From Octopus bimaculoides (lineage: Eukaryota): a stretch of 52,272 nt of DNA. Below, piece after piece: positions 1 through 10,426 of the stretch (positions are counted from its first letter, which is position 1; every line of letters starts with the position of its first letter). Where the stretch lies: positions 244,924 through 297,195 of the forward strand of contig NC_069004.1 of NCBI RefSeq assembly GCF_001194135.2, read 5' to 3'. Made by a program: the position numbers and the translations under genes. The notes beneath the pieces were generated by a model. That model was not told the DNA's origin. It did not search any database and was given only the letters and a program-made list of their open reading frames with translations.

Positions 1-317
1 CATAGCTTGCACCGGGTACATCTTATAGAGTTACTACCTACTCCTTTTCTACATACTGAGCAGGGCCATCTACCTGAAGGGGTTTGTGTTTTATCTACCT
101 TCCTACTTATTAGGATTTTGGTTTTAGCTAGGTTGACTCTAAGGCCCTTCAATTCTAGACCTTGCTTCCACACTTGAAACTTCTCCTCTAGTTCTGATAG
201 TGACTCCGCAATTAGGGCAAGGTCATCAGCATAGAGGAGCTCCCAGGGGCAACCTGTCTTGAACTCCTCTGTGATTGCCTGGAGGACTATGGTAAATAAG
301 AGGGGGCTGAGGACGGA
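1..317 (-). mobile_element. RTE-clade LINE reverse transcriptase fragment (5'-truncated, runs off the window)
   Basis: The minus strand translates SVLSPLLFTIVLQAITEEFKTGCPWELLYADDLALIAES...GLRVNLAKTKIL...PSGRWPCSVCRKGVGSNSIRC, containing the RT YADD motif and a Cys-rich region. Confidence 0.9.
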
Positions 318-346
318 AGGGGAAAAAAATGAAAAGATTTTGTTAC

Positions 347-539
347 CTGTAAGCAAAGTTTTCTGCTTGCTTCCTTGTACCAATCAACTGTACAATGGCA
401 TAGAACATCTGCAAGCCATCTATCTTCTCCTGTTTCTCTAGCACCAGCATGAAATTGTGGCCAAAACATGACTGCATCATAACCCAGTCGACAGCTCCAG
501 GTAGATTAATATCAGTGGCCAAAAACACAATGTCTTCAC
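347..539 (-). CDS. SIAH: Siah coding exon 5: substrate-binding (TRAF-like) domain, partial; the final exon is outside the window
   Basis: Translates to (G)[63 protein letters not shown](R). Acceptor TTTTTGTTCAG, donor AG|GTAACA, 193 nt. The expected continuation (LELNG...) is absent from 1-346. Confidence 0.97.
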
Positions 540-1479
540 CTGAACAAAAAAACAAAAAAGAATTTTAGAAGTAATTTTACTTCATAATTACCAATCCCTT
601 TAACAGTGATATCCATTGCTAAGTCAATACACGAGTGTATGGGCAGCCTGAGTTTAGCAAAATGAGGATGTTTATGAGACTTATTACTAGTGAGAGGGTT
701 ATTACCTACTCCTATATGTGACCGGTAGAGCAGTTTATCATCCCAAAACAAACAGTAAACTTAACTGTGAAATAACTCTATGAAGCCAAAACTAGTTAAA
801 GAGTAAAAGTGTCTATCAATTATAGCAAAACATATTTACTTTTCTACCCCTCTCAGATTTTCATGTAACTCATTCCAGTGTTGGTATCTATTGGCACCCA
901 GTTATCCACTGCTAAGCTATTCTCTAGTTTTATGATCTTTTCACTCATCCATTCATTATTAATATGCATTATTTACTAATATCTACTTTCGTAAGTTAAT
1001 TATTTAAATTGACTCTTCAATATATAACTTCCTAATCTCTCTCTCTCTCAACCTTAGTTTTCTCCTTAATTCTTCATGTAATTTCCAAATGAAATCTCTC
1101 TAAAATACCCTTACTTCTTTCCTTCTTCTTCTCTCCAACTTGGCCCCATAGTCTTTCGTACTATCTCTTAAATAACCCTTGCTCGTTTGCCTATTCCCGC
1201 CCCCACCAATACTGGATATCTCTCTTCACTCACCAGAAACAACCTCCCAAATAGAGGATGCAATTGGTTGTATCCTCTATCATACCTGCAATTTCGCCTC
1301 CCTCTTCTCCCCCTCTCTCTCGGGACAAACGCAACTAGTTTAGCAGCCCGCTTGCTTAATCTAACATCGGCATACTGATATTCATATTTACTTTTCTTCA
1401 TTTATTTATACTTATATCTGCAGCACCAGTAATGCTTGAATTTACAATGTTCATAATTCTTATACTTACAATGCTGCTA

Positions 1480-3340
1480 ACACTTACTCTTACCCCCAGT
1501 GGGGGCAACAATCTTAACATGCTTGAATGATGACAGTTCAAAAGTGAGAACAGGTATAGCATGTCTATCAAATGAACATGGAAACCTTCTTTTCAGGCAC
1601 TGAATAACTTCTCTCATCCCCATGTCTCCTCCCACATTCTTTTCCCAGTTTTTAGAGTTGGCACTGTCAATGTAGGCACTTTGAAAGGTAGGTCTAGTGA
1701 GATTGTAGAGATGCTTGAGCAGAGACATGTTGATGCATGCTGCATACAAGAGGTAAGGTGGAGAGGAGCTTCAGCCAGGGTCCTCACAGGCAAGGCACAT
1801 AGATAGATAAAATCTTCTGGAACAGTATTGGAGTAGGGGGTGTAGGCATACTCCTTGCAGAGAAATGGTTGGATATGGTCATAGAGGTAGTCAGGGTATG
1901 CGATAGAGTGCTTCAGCTCAGGCTAGTCTTGCAGAATAGTATAGCTACAATTATCTCTGCCTACACCCCACAAGCGGGCCTACCAAATGATCAGAAGGAC
2001 CCCTTTTATGATATCCTTCTACAGGCTACCTCAAAGATGAGTGGCAATGACCTCATCTTTGTGGCTGTAGATTTTAATCGGCATGTTGGATGGCAATCTG
2101 GTATCTTCCATGGTGTTCATGGAAGCCATGGAATTGGTTCCCGAAACAAAGAGGGAACTAGGCTACTGGTGTTCTGTGATGCAAGCAACCTATTAATCTG
2201 CAACACTAACTTCAGGAAGCCAGACAGCCAACCTCGTAATAACCCATCAATCAGGCAACTCTGCTAGCCAGATCGATTTCATCCTCACCAGACAGCGGGA
2301 TGCATGGTTCCTCTTAAACACAAAGACTCTCCCTGGTGAAGAATGTACCCCCTAGCATAGACCAGTCATTAGTGGCTTTAGATTTGAGGCCAGAAGGATG
2401 CCAAGAAGTAGACCAATCCAGAAAGGATTTGGAAGCTAAAGAACCCTTCACACAGTCAGAGATTTAGGGTTAGGGATATCCTCACTGAGAAATTTAATGA
2501 GAGGGTGGAGGAGCTATAGACTTGTGACATAAAGGGTAACTGGAAATTCCTATGTGACAGCTTACTGAGCGCCATAGACTAAATCTGCAGCTGGTGCAAA
2601 GTCCCTTCCAAGACCTAGGTTAACGTGGTGGTGGAATATTACAGTAAATGCCATTAGAGCAAAGAAACAGGCCTGGAAAACCTGGAAGAGATAGGGTAGC
2701 ATGGAACTGTACCAAATAGCCAGAAGAGAGGCTGGGAAACAGGTATATATAGCCAAGAGAGAAGCAGAGAAGTTTGCCAATGTTCAGCAATGTGAGGACC
2801 AAAGAACTGAAGTATTTCGGACTGCAAGATAGTATGTGCGATGTTACAGGAGAGAAATCTGTCTGCATGGATGATGGTGCACTTGCTTTTAATGATTCTG
2901 CAAAGAAAGAGGCTTGGAGAAGCCATTATGAAAGGCTGCTGAATGTGGAGAATGAATAGGAGAAGGAGAGCCTGCCAAATGTTGATCCAGTTGAGGGAAC
3001 AGCTACCTGAATCAATAGCACCCTGGTAGATAAAGCAATTAAGGATATGAAGTCAGGAAAAGCCCCCGGCCCACCAAGAGTCACTGCTGAGATGCTTAAA
3101 ATATCTGGTGGTGTGGGATATGGTCTAATCACCCGTACTGTAAACTCGGTAGTTCACGGAGGAGTCATACCCAATGACTGGCGTAGTAGCACCATAGCCA
3201 ATTGCTACAAAGGTAAAGGTGATGCTTTAGATAGAAATAACTACAGGGGTATCAAACTGCTGGATCAGGTGATGAAGGTCACGGAGAGGGTCATAGCCCA
3301 ACTAATTAGGGAGAGAGTCTGCTTAGATGAGATGCAGTTA
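1480..3340 (+). mobile_element. Degenerate RTE-clade LINE: AP endonuclease, linker and start of RT, truncated at 3'
   Basis: Contains RVGTVNVGTLKGRS...CCIQEVRW, IISAYTPQ, DFNRHVG, NTNFRK, GKAPGP, YKGKGDALDRNNYRGIKLLDQVMKVTERVI and LDEMQ. Multiple stops and frameshifts are present. Confidence 0.92.
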
Positions 3341-3409
3341 CATGTATTAAGCCATTTAGAAATACAAAATATATTTTCCTTTTTTCAAAAGAAACCAATG
3401 GTATCTTAC

Positions 3410-3516
3410 CTTGCAGTGTCGTTATGCTTTTGTGAGATTGAACCAAGTGTGACATAACTTGCTCTAGAGAACCTTGCCACTTACAGGATGCACCAGGGCA
3501 GGGACAACAGTAGGGC
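3410..3516 (-). CDS. SIAH: Siah coding exon 4: zinc finger 2
   Basis: Translates to (R)[35 protein letters not shown](G). Acceptor TTTGTTTAACAG, donor G|GTAAGA, 107 nt, phase 2-1. Confidence 0.97.
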
Positions 3517-3734
3517 CTGTTAAACAAAAGAGAAATTCACTATGGTAAAAGAATTAGATATGGTCATTATCATCTTCATTATTATTTCTATAGCACAAAA
3601 CCCATTGTTTTATGTCCAGAATACGTAATATTTTTCAACTCTTCAATACTTCCACTGTGATTTAATTGTGAAATTAAACATTCTTCATACAGAAATTCTA
3701 TCATGAAATGAATTTCTCAAAAATGGCTGTAAGA

Positions 3735-3955
3735 AAGTCATCATCATCATTGTTTAACATCCGTTTTCCATGTTGGCATGGGTTGGACAGTTTGACCGAG
3801 GTGTGGAGAACCAGTGCCAGCACCCGGTTCCACTCTGATCTGGCAATGTTTCTAGGGATGGATACCCTTCCTAATGCCAACCACTCCGAGAGTGTAGTGG
3901 GTGGTTTTTATGTTCCACTAGCACAGGAGCCAGTCAGCTGGGCCAGGCATCGATT
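3735..3955 (-). mobile_element. Retroposon 3' end with (GAT)n tail, same family as 52035-52272
   Basis: catcatcat-tgtttaacatccgttttccatgttggcatgggttggac...cccttcctaatgccaaccactccgagagtgtagtggg aligns with the copy at the window end. Confidence 0.7.
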
Positions 3956-4189
3956 GCGTTTGGATATATTATAACTACTACAACACACCATTGCCTAACA
4001 ATGGATCTCATTACTGGTATTAAAGCTTTGTTGCTGCCATTCCATTTCCAGCCATTTATTTTCCAATCACTGATGGGTTTCAACTGTTGTTTAACGCTCC
4101 AACAGCAAAATTAAATTTCATGGTTATTCCACAAATGATGCAAAAAATAGACCAAACTCATTGCCATAAGAAATTAATGGATCAAATAC

Positions 4190-4830
4190 TTGGCAAAAAG
4201 ACTTTTTCCAGACATCGATCTGTGATACATCTGGACACATCGTCAATGATGTTTCCTGAGGGTCATAAGGTGCTCAGGGTCTTTCAACAATCAAACATCC
4301 TCCTCACCCAGGTGTCTCCAACGGAGCAAGGATCAAATCCTAGCTTGTGTCCAGTGAGCACTTCCCCCTTCAAGGGCTTGCGCCTCCTGATCCGCAGCCA
4401 CCTTGAAACAGCTGCTGCTGCTACCTCCACACTTAACTCGATGCCAAGCATACTGTAAAAAAACTCTGCAGAGAGACTGGCCAGCACACACTCTCTGCAT
4501 CTCACTTCAATGGCAGGCTCGCCAGCCAGTGCTTTGCCATAATCCCACTAAACTCAGCATATTTCTTCCTCTTGCTCTTGTTAGCCTCCTTGATGCAGAT
4601 CTCCCACAGGACAGAGAGTTCTAACAGAACCACTTGCTTGCATGCTTCTCAGATCAGCACCATATCTGGCCTTAGTGATATTGAAGTAACAACTTTAGCT
4701 GCTTCTCTGGGTTAACTTGTAGCTCACAGTCTTTTGCTGATCCAGGGATGCCATAAGGGGCAGACCTAGCTGCGACAAAGGTAATGAACTTCTTTGCTGG
4801 GTAGAAGTACTTGCAATGCCTGATCTCACC
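4190..4830 (-). mobile_element. HERO-like (restriction-like endonuclease, RLE) non-LTR retrotransposon, decayed C-terminus and 3' UTR
   Basis: The minus strand, with frameshifts, gives SLRPDMVLI*EACKQVVLLELSVLWE...ANKSKRKKYAE...IEVRCRE...AAAVSRWLRIRR. This is the PD..E..K-type RLE pattern. It is followed by cacctgggtgagg...gaaagaccc...gatgtgtcc, which I recognise as HERO-like 3' sequence. Confidence 0.7.
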
Positions 4831-5071
4831 TAGGATGGTGTCACAGTTAGTTACTACAAAAGTGACTCATCTAAGATACAGAGTGAGAGATTTGGTAACT
4901 TGTTCATTCAATGAAATTTCCACAATCCTGTTCACAAAGTTGTTAGTTGTATGAAAAGTAATATCAATCCAGATTGAAACAAATACAATCATTCCAACAA
5001 TACGGAAGTTCAAATATACACATGAATATATATGTGTGAATATATCTCTGTGTGCATGATGTAGGCATGCC

Positions 5072-5112
<41 letters not shown>

Positions 5113-5164
5113 AGACACAGATATGATAGAAAAAAGTAAAATACAAAAATAAGTGTCCTCTTAC

Positions 5165-5297
5165 CTGCACTCACATGTTTCTTCATGTTCAGACTTCTCA
5201 GTGTGTAACAAAGTAACTAAACAGCCATTAGTAGAGTATTTACAAGGGAACAGCACTGTCATTGCTACCTTCTCCATTGCTAAGTTGCGAATATTTC
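5165..5297 (-). CDS. SIAH: Siah coding exon 3: zinc finger 1
   Basis: Translates to (G)NIRNLAMEKVAMTVLFPCKYSTNGCLVTLLHTEKSEHEETCEC(R). Acceptor CTGCAG, donor AG|GTAAGA, 133 nt, phase 1-2. It was not in the ORF track and was found by searching for the RNLAMEKVA codons. Confidence 0.96.
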
Positions 5298-5677
5298 CTG
5301 CAGTAACAACAACAGCAATGATAATTTCTTACACAGGTTCAAGGATACACATTTGTTTTCTTTTTTCTTCATATTCTTAGATCGGAANNNNNNNNNNGTG
5401 ATAGTGGGGGCGGTCACAGTTGATTTCATCAATTCCCATTCATGAACTGATATTTTCTTTATTTTATCTACCCTTGGAGAGATTAAAAAAAAAGTTAAAC
5501 TCATGCTAGATCTGAGACATAAACTAAATGCCACAAGGCATTTTGTCTGATGCTCTACCAATTCTGTCAATCCAACAAAATCAATACCAACACTTTATAA
5601 GAATTACAGTTCCCAAACGGAAGAGAAAGGAAATGTATATTAATAACATTTAATGTTTAATACATTTGTATATACAC

Positions 5678-5822
5678 ACAAGCATGGCTGTGTGTGTATA
5701 CAAATGGTCTCAGGTTCAGTCCCACTGCATGGCATCATGAGCAAGTGTCTTCTACTATAGCTCCAATTCTACCAAAGTCTTTTGAATGGATTTAGTAGAT
5801 GGAAATTCAAAGAAGCCCATAG
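5678..5822 (+). mobile_element. tRNA-headed SINE, family A (further copies about 12409-12540, 16945-17070, 17280-17375, 20793-20953, 23500-23580, 29390-29465, 30195-30330, 33260-33395, 36738-36898, 42770-42915)
   Basis: Recurrent motif ggctgtgtgg...ggttcagtcccactgc.tggcac..tgggcaagtgtcttctactatagc...accaaagc..tgtga.tggatttggtagatggaaa.tgaaagaagccc, including a B-box-like GGTTCAGTCC. Confidence 0.8.
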
Positions 5823-6230
5823 TTTATGTATGTGTGTGTGTGTGTGTGTGTGTTACTGTCTCTTTGCCTTGAGATCACATTTCCCATGGAAACATCTCTG
5901 GTCATTGAGAATTACCTTACCTGGATACAGGTGAGGGTTGGCAACAGGAAAGAAATCCAAAAGTAGAAAATCCACCTAGATAAATTCTGTTTGACTCATA
6001 CAAGCATGGAAAAGGGAATGTTAAAACGATGATGATGATGATGATGATTGTTGTTTCATAACCATTGATGAGTAATTTGGGATACCAGATTAGACACTCA
6101 AACAAGCAATCAAGTAAACAAATAGAACAACAGTGGCACCTAGTTATTTGGTGGTTGGATATGGTGGATGCTTGAAACATTGATAGGGAAGAAGTGGTTT
6201 GCAACTACTGTTCAACTAAAGAGGACTTAA

Positions 6231-6451
6231 TCCTTTTGATACCAATCCACTTGAGACCATCTCTGGTTATATGATATAAACTTTTTCTTTTGAAGTGATC
6301 TAAATTAAGACCTTCCACCAAAATTTCAAATTACTTTATGCTCCAAACACAAGCTTAATTATGACAAAGTTATTTATTAAGTTTTCATTATTTTTGGAAT
6401 TTACCAAAACAAAAGCAGTGTATTTCAACAGGAATATGGTAACAAAAAGAG
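6231..6451. mobile_element. piggyBac-type MITE with TTAA target duplication
   Basis: TTAA flanks at 6227-6230 and 6452-6455. Imperfect terminal inverted repeats tccttttgatacc / ggtaacaaaaagag. Confidence 0.5.
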
Positions 6452-7269
6452 TTAAGAAGATAGAGTGAACAGAACAATTACTGTGTGGTCATTCTACAAA
6501 CACAAAGCAGAAGAGAGAACAGACTAACAGACAACACACAGTCTAACTCAGAACTTTGCAAACTTTTCACATTTGCGACACACTTTTATGAAAAGAAATA
6601 AATTTAAAAATTCACGAAACATTAAGTAATTAACAATTAAATGTTGGCAATTAAAACCATATCACAAGTCACCAGTCATGTGCTTAATTGTACACAAGAT
6701 TTTCAGACTTCACAATCAAATATTCCTGGATTGGATATGACAATTTTGTGACACATGAAGAAAGTAATGGCAGCACAACAGTCAAGACGAACAGCAGACT
6801 TTGGAATCCCTGGTCCACCCCAGGTCTTCTGACTGTGCTTACTCCAGCTGCAGGTTATCTAGTTGTAAGTGGGGTTTCATTATTTTAACAACCATTTTCC
6901 CATGCTTGCAAGGTGGAGTTTAATGAAGCAAATTTATTTTCTGAGGCTCTTCCTAGGTATGGATTTACATCCGCAAATCATATTATGTGATTATTTATAT
7001 ATATATATGATTCTGAAGTATGTATTTAATGCTTTCCAAAATAAACATACATTTCATTGAAATGACTCTGAGAAAGTTGTAGGATGGTGCACAAACACTC
7101 AGCTTTGAGCACACTTCTTATAGCAGAAACAGCTATAAGCTAATGAAGGTGATTAGGTAACTCTTTTTCTCTTGTCATTCGTTCATTAATATATGAGTAT
7201 GTGTGTGTGTGTTTCATTCATTTAATGTGCATTTTTGCATGCTAGCATGACCTGAGATTTTAAATGCAT

Positions 7270-7324
<55 letters not shown>

Positions 7325-7491
7325 GGGCTTTCTGTCATCAAACCTTACCTGTTTTTCAAATAAGAGATTTCTTTATTGCTCAGGTCTTTAGAAGTACAGT
7401 GTGACAATGTTTCTGCTAGAAAATGCAATGCACTCAAAGGAGAATGCTTGAGTATCAAACTACAGCTTATTACAACTTTATACTGACTAAT

Positions 7492-7612
7492 GTTCACAAC
7501 CATATCACATTGAATGCACCGGTTCTTGTCCGATGACCGAAGTTAAGCAACATCGAGCATAGTGTCTACTTAAGATGGTTGACCATTTGGGAAAGCTAGG
7601 TGTTGTAAGCTT
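7492..7612 (+). rRNA. Full-length but degenerate 5S rRNA copy (likely pseudogene or SINE head)
   Basis: The 121 nt gttcacaaccatatcacattgaatgcaccggttcttgtccgatgaccgaagttaagcaacatcgagc...gggaaagctaggtgttgtaagctt are colinear with metazoan 5S. Box A is largely intact, box C is mutated (agatggttgaccatt), and there is no oligo-T terminator. Confidence 0.9.
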
Positions 7613-7626
7613 CTCACACTTGTGAA

Positions 7627-7908
7627 GGTGCATGGCTCAGTGGTTGGAGTGTAGTGAGTTTGATTCCCAGACCTGGCTGTGTGTTGTGTTCCTGAGCAAG
7701 ACTCTTTATTTCATGTTACTCCAGTTCACTCAGCTGTACCAGCCTTTGCCTTTCTCTTGGATGACATCAGTGGTGTGCAGAGGGGAGACTGGTAACCATG
7801 GGCAACAGCTGGTCTGCCATAAACAACTTTGCCTGGACTTGTACCTCAGACAACAACTTTCTAGGTGCAATCCCATGACCATTCATGACCAAAGGGGGGT
7901 CTTTTTAC
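7627..7908 (+). mobile_element. tRNA-headed SINE with CORE-like middle (related copies about 41180-41380 on + and 18625-18790 on -)
   Basis: A box TGGCTCAGTGG at 7633-7643 and B-box-like GTTTGATTCC at 7658-7667, followed by gtgttcctgagcaagactctttatttcatgttactccagttcactcagctg. Confidence 0.7.
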
Positions 7909-8149
7909 TCTTTACTTGACTGACACTTCATTCTGAAGCATATGTATACTGTGTTCTACTGCCAAGTTATTAGCATCGCTATGCCTAAGAGAAATATCTC
8001 TAAATATATAAAGGTTACCCTAAAGAAATGCTGTGGATCTGTATCCAAATGCACTATGAACAGTCACTGCACAAAACACAAGTAGTCACAATGGTGAAAT
8101 ATGCATAGGGAACAGATGGTATAAAATGCATGTTGTGTTTATGCTATTT

Positions 8150-8618
8150 GTCTCCTGACACTGCCAGATATTTTGAGCATCTCTGCAGTGATTCCTGATG
8201 GGCCGGGGCTTTCCCTGTCTTCATAGTTTTAATTGCTTTATCTACCATGGTACTGTCAACTCGGATAGCTGGTCCTGCTGTTGGGTCGACATTCAGCAGA
8301 CTCTCTTTCTCCCATTCATTCTCTTTATTGAGCAATCTTTCGTAGTGGCATCTCCAAACCTCTTTCTTTGCAGCCTCGTTTAGTGCAAGTGTACCATCAT
8401 CCATGCGAATACATTTCTCTCCCACGACATCACGATTCTCTCCCCTACACAGTCTTGCAACACGAAATACCTCAAGTCTTTGGCCCTCACGGCACAGAAC
8501 ATTGGCAAATCTTTTCTTATCTCCTTCCTCTCTGGCTAAATAAACCTGTCGCCTAGCTTCCCTTCTGGCAGTCTGATACAATAAACCTGTCACCTAGCTT
8601 CCCTTCTGGCTGTCTGAT

Positions 8619-8622
<4 letters not shown>
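8150..8622 (-). mobile_element. RTE-clade LINE fragment (linker region before RT)
   Basis: The ORF reads REARRQVYLA...EKCIRMDDGTLALNEAAKKEVWRCHYERLLNKENEW...DKAIKTMKTGKAP and is homologous to 2700-3110 on the plus strand. Confidence 0.9.
8541..8622. repeat. 41-bp tandem duplication at the 5' end of the LINE fragment
   Basis: taaacctgtc(g/a)cctagcttcccttctggc(a/t)gtctgatacaa occurs twice with 2 mismatches, immediately followed by (AT)n. Confidence 0.9.
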
Positions 8623-8662
<40 letters not shown>

Positions 8663-9009
8663 TGGGACACAATGGTGGTTGTCACAGGGTGTGTACTATT
8701 GTGCTAAGCCTACTGCTCTGGCATCTGGATAAACAAACAAACATTAGGCTATTTTAATGCATTACATCAACGTAAGTGTATTATTAGGTTTCAAAACAAA
8801 TTATGACCAGAACATAATTATTAGAAAGAAAAGGTGGGTGTGAAGTATTCAGTTTTCGTAAGTGAATTGTTGTGAATAAGGCAATGAGAAAGGTTAATGC
8901 TGAGAGTGGAAATGGTAAAGTGAGTGAAAGTGTCAGAGACTGAGTGAGCATATGAGAGAGACAGAGAGACAGAGAGAAAAGGACGGAGGGGTGATGTAAT
9001 AATACTCAC

Positions 9010-9168
9010 CTAATGGTCCTCTACATGTTGGGCACATTGACAATTTCTGCCTACACGAATGGCACACAATATGTCCACTCTGGCACTGCATGATGGGAGG
9101 GAGTGCATAGTCAAAACAAACTGGACATTCAAACAGGGTGGCCAGGTCATTGTTGCTGGTTGTTGAAG
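9010..9168 (-). CDS. SIAH: Siah coding exon 2: C3HC4 RING domain
   Basis: Translates to STTSNNDLATLFECPVCFDYALPPIMQCQSGHIVCHSCRQKLSMCPTCRGPL, closely matching the Siah RING. Acceptor TCTCTTTCTCAG, donor G|GTGAGT, 159 nt, phase 1-1. Confidence 0.97.
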   Translation of the reverse strand, partial: LQQPATMTWPPCLNVQFVLTMHSLPSCSARVDILCAIRVGRNCQCAQHVEDH

Positions 9169-9963
9169 CTGAGAAAGAGAAAGAGGAAGAAAGTGAAGGT
9201 AACAGACACAACTTGAGTATATCATGGAATATTAGTTTTTATATCAACTTCAATCAAGTGCACATCTATACACACACATGCATATACAGTGGAATCTCAG
9301 TTTATGAATTGAATTTGCCCCTGTAAGGCATTTGTCACCTATTCGTGAATGGAAACTATTTTTCTCCACAGGAAATTCAAGAGAAGAAAGAATGGCAAAT
9401 TTGAGCAAAAAACCAGACAACACCTGACACTCTCCTCTTGCTGATATTCCCAGATGGTCGCCAACCATTGTTACCATCGTGTGTGTGTTCATTACTTGAG
9501 ACCCTGTTCCATCATCCAAGACATTCTGTGTTTAAAAAATTGTCCATAAACTGATTTGTTCATGAGAGACATTTGTAAACTGAAGTTCCACTGTGTGTAC
9601 AACAGGTAACTGCATGGCAGTGTGAGAAAGAAGTTATTTTGTTACCACATCATTTCAGCATACAGTGCCTTGTGTTAGGGTCTTCTACTACAGCCTTCAG
9701 TTGACCAATACCTACTGAGTGAAATTTTCAAACAATTTGGAAGTGTGTATATGTGTGTGTTGTATGCATGCAAGTGTGTTTGCATGTTTGAATCTGTGTG
9801 TCTCGACATTGATACTGTTCTGATAGAAATTCCTTTTCTTAATTTTTACCATTTTTTACAAGGAAGTGTGTCAGTGTGAACCAGGAGGGGAGTGTGTGAC
9901 ATTACAAGCATATTTGGTTGCAGTAAACGTGTATGTTGTAGTATCCATGTATGTTATGTCGCG

Positions 9964-10426
9964 NNNNNNNNNNNNNNNNNNNNNNNNNNNNNNNNNNNNN
10001 NNNNNNNNNNNNNNNNNNNNNNNNNNNNNNNNNNNNNNNNNNNNNNNNNNNNNNNNNNNNNNNNNNNNNNNNNNNNNNNNNNNNNNNNNNNNNNNNNNNN
10101 NNNNNNNNNNNNNNNNNNNNNNNNNNNNNNNNNNNNNNNNNNNNNNNNNNNNNNNNNNNNNNNNNNNNNNNNNNNNNNNNNNNNNNNNNNNNNNNNNNNN
10201 NNNNNNNNNNNNNNNNNNNNNNNNNNNNNNNNNNNNNNNNNNNNNNNNNNNNNNNNNNNNNNNNNNNNNNNNNNNNNNNNNNNNNNNNNNNNNNNNNNNN
10301 NNNNNNNNNNNNNNNNNNNNNNNNNNNNNNNNNNNNNNNNNNNNNNNNNNNNNNNNNNNNNNNNNNNNNNNNNNNNNNNNNNNNNNNNNNNNNNNNNNNN
10401 NNNNNNNNNNNNNNNNNNNNNNNNNN
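9964..10426. other. Assembly gap (others at 5388-5397, 21161-21185, 39151-39298, 48372-48653, 49177-49598)
   Basis: Runs of N. This gap lies between Siah coding exons 1 and 2 and could hide an extra exon. Confidence 1.

Noticed and set aside
1-3340. The + strand RTE (1480-3340) and - strand RTE (1-317) as one twin-primed insertion
   Set aside because: A Siah exon and about 1.1 kb of unrelated sequence separate them, and they do not abut on the RTE consensus. Independent insertions are simpler.
7492-7612. Functional 5S rRNA gene
   Set aside because: Box C is mutated, there is no oligo-T terminator, and the copy is isolated rather than in a tandem array.
9250-9519. ORF MDDGTGSQVMNTH... as an alternative first coding exon of Siah
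   Set aside because: The candidate donors in this frame (CAA|GTAATG, CAG|GTGTTG) are phase 0, while the RING exon needs phase 1. A better MSRQ exon exists at 11644-11695.
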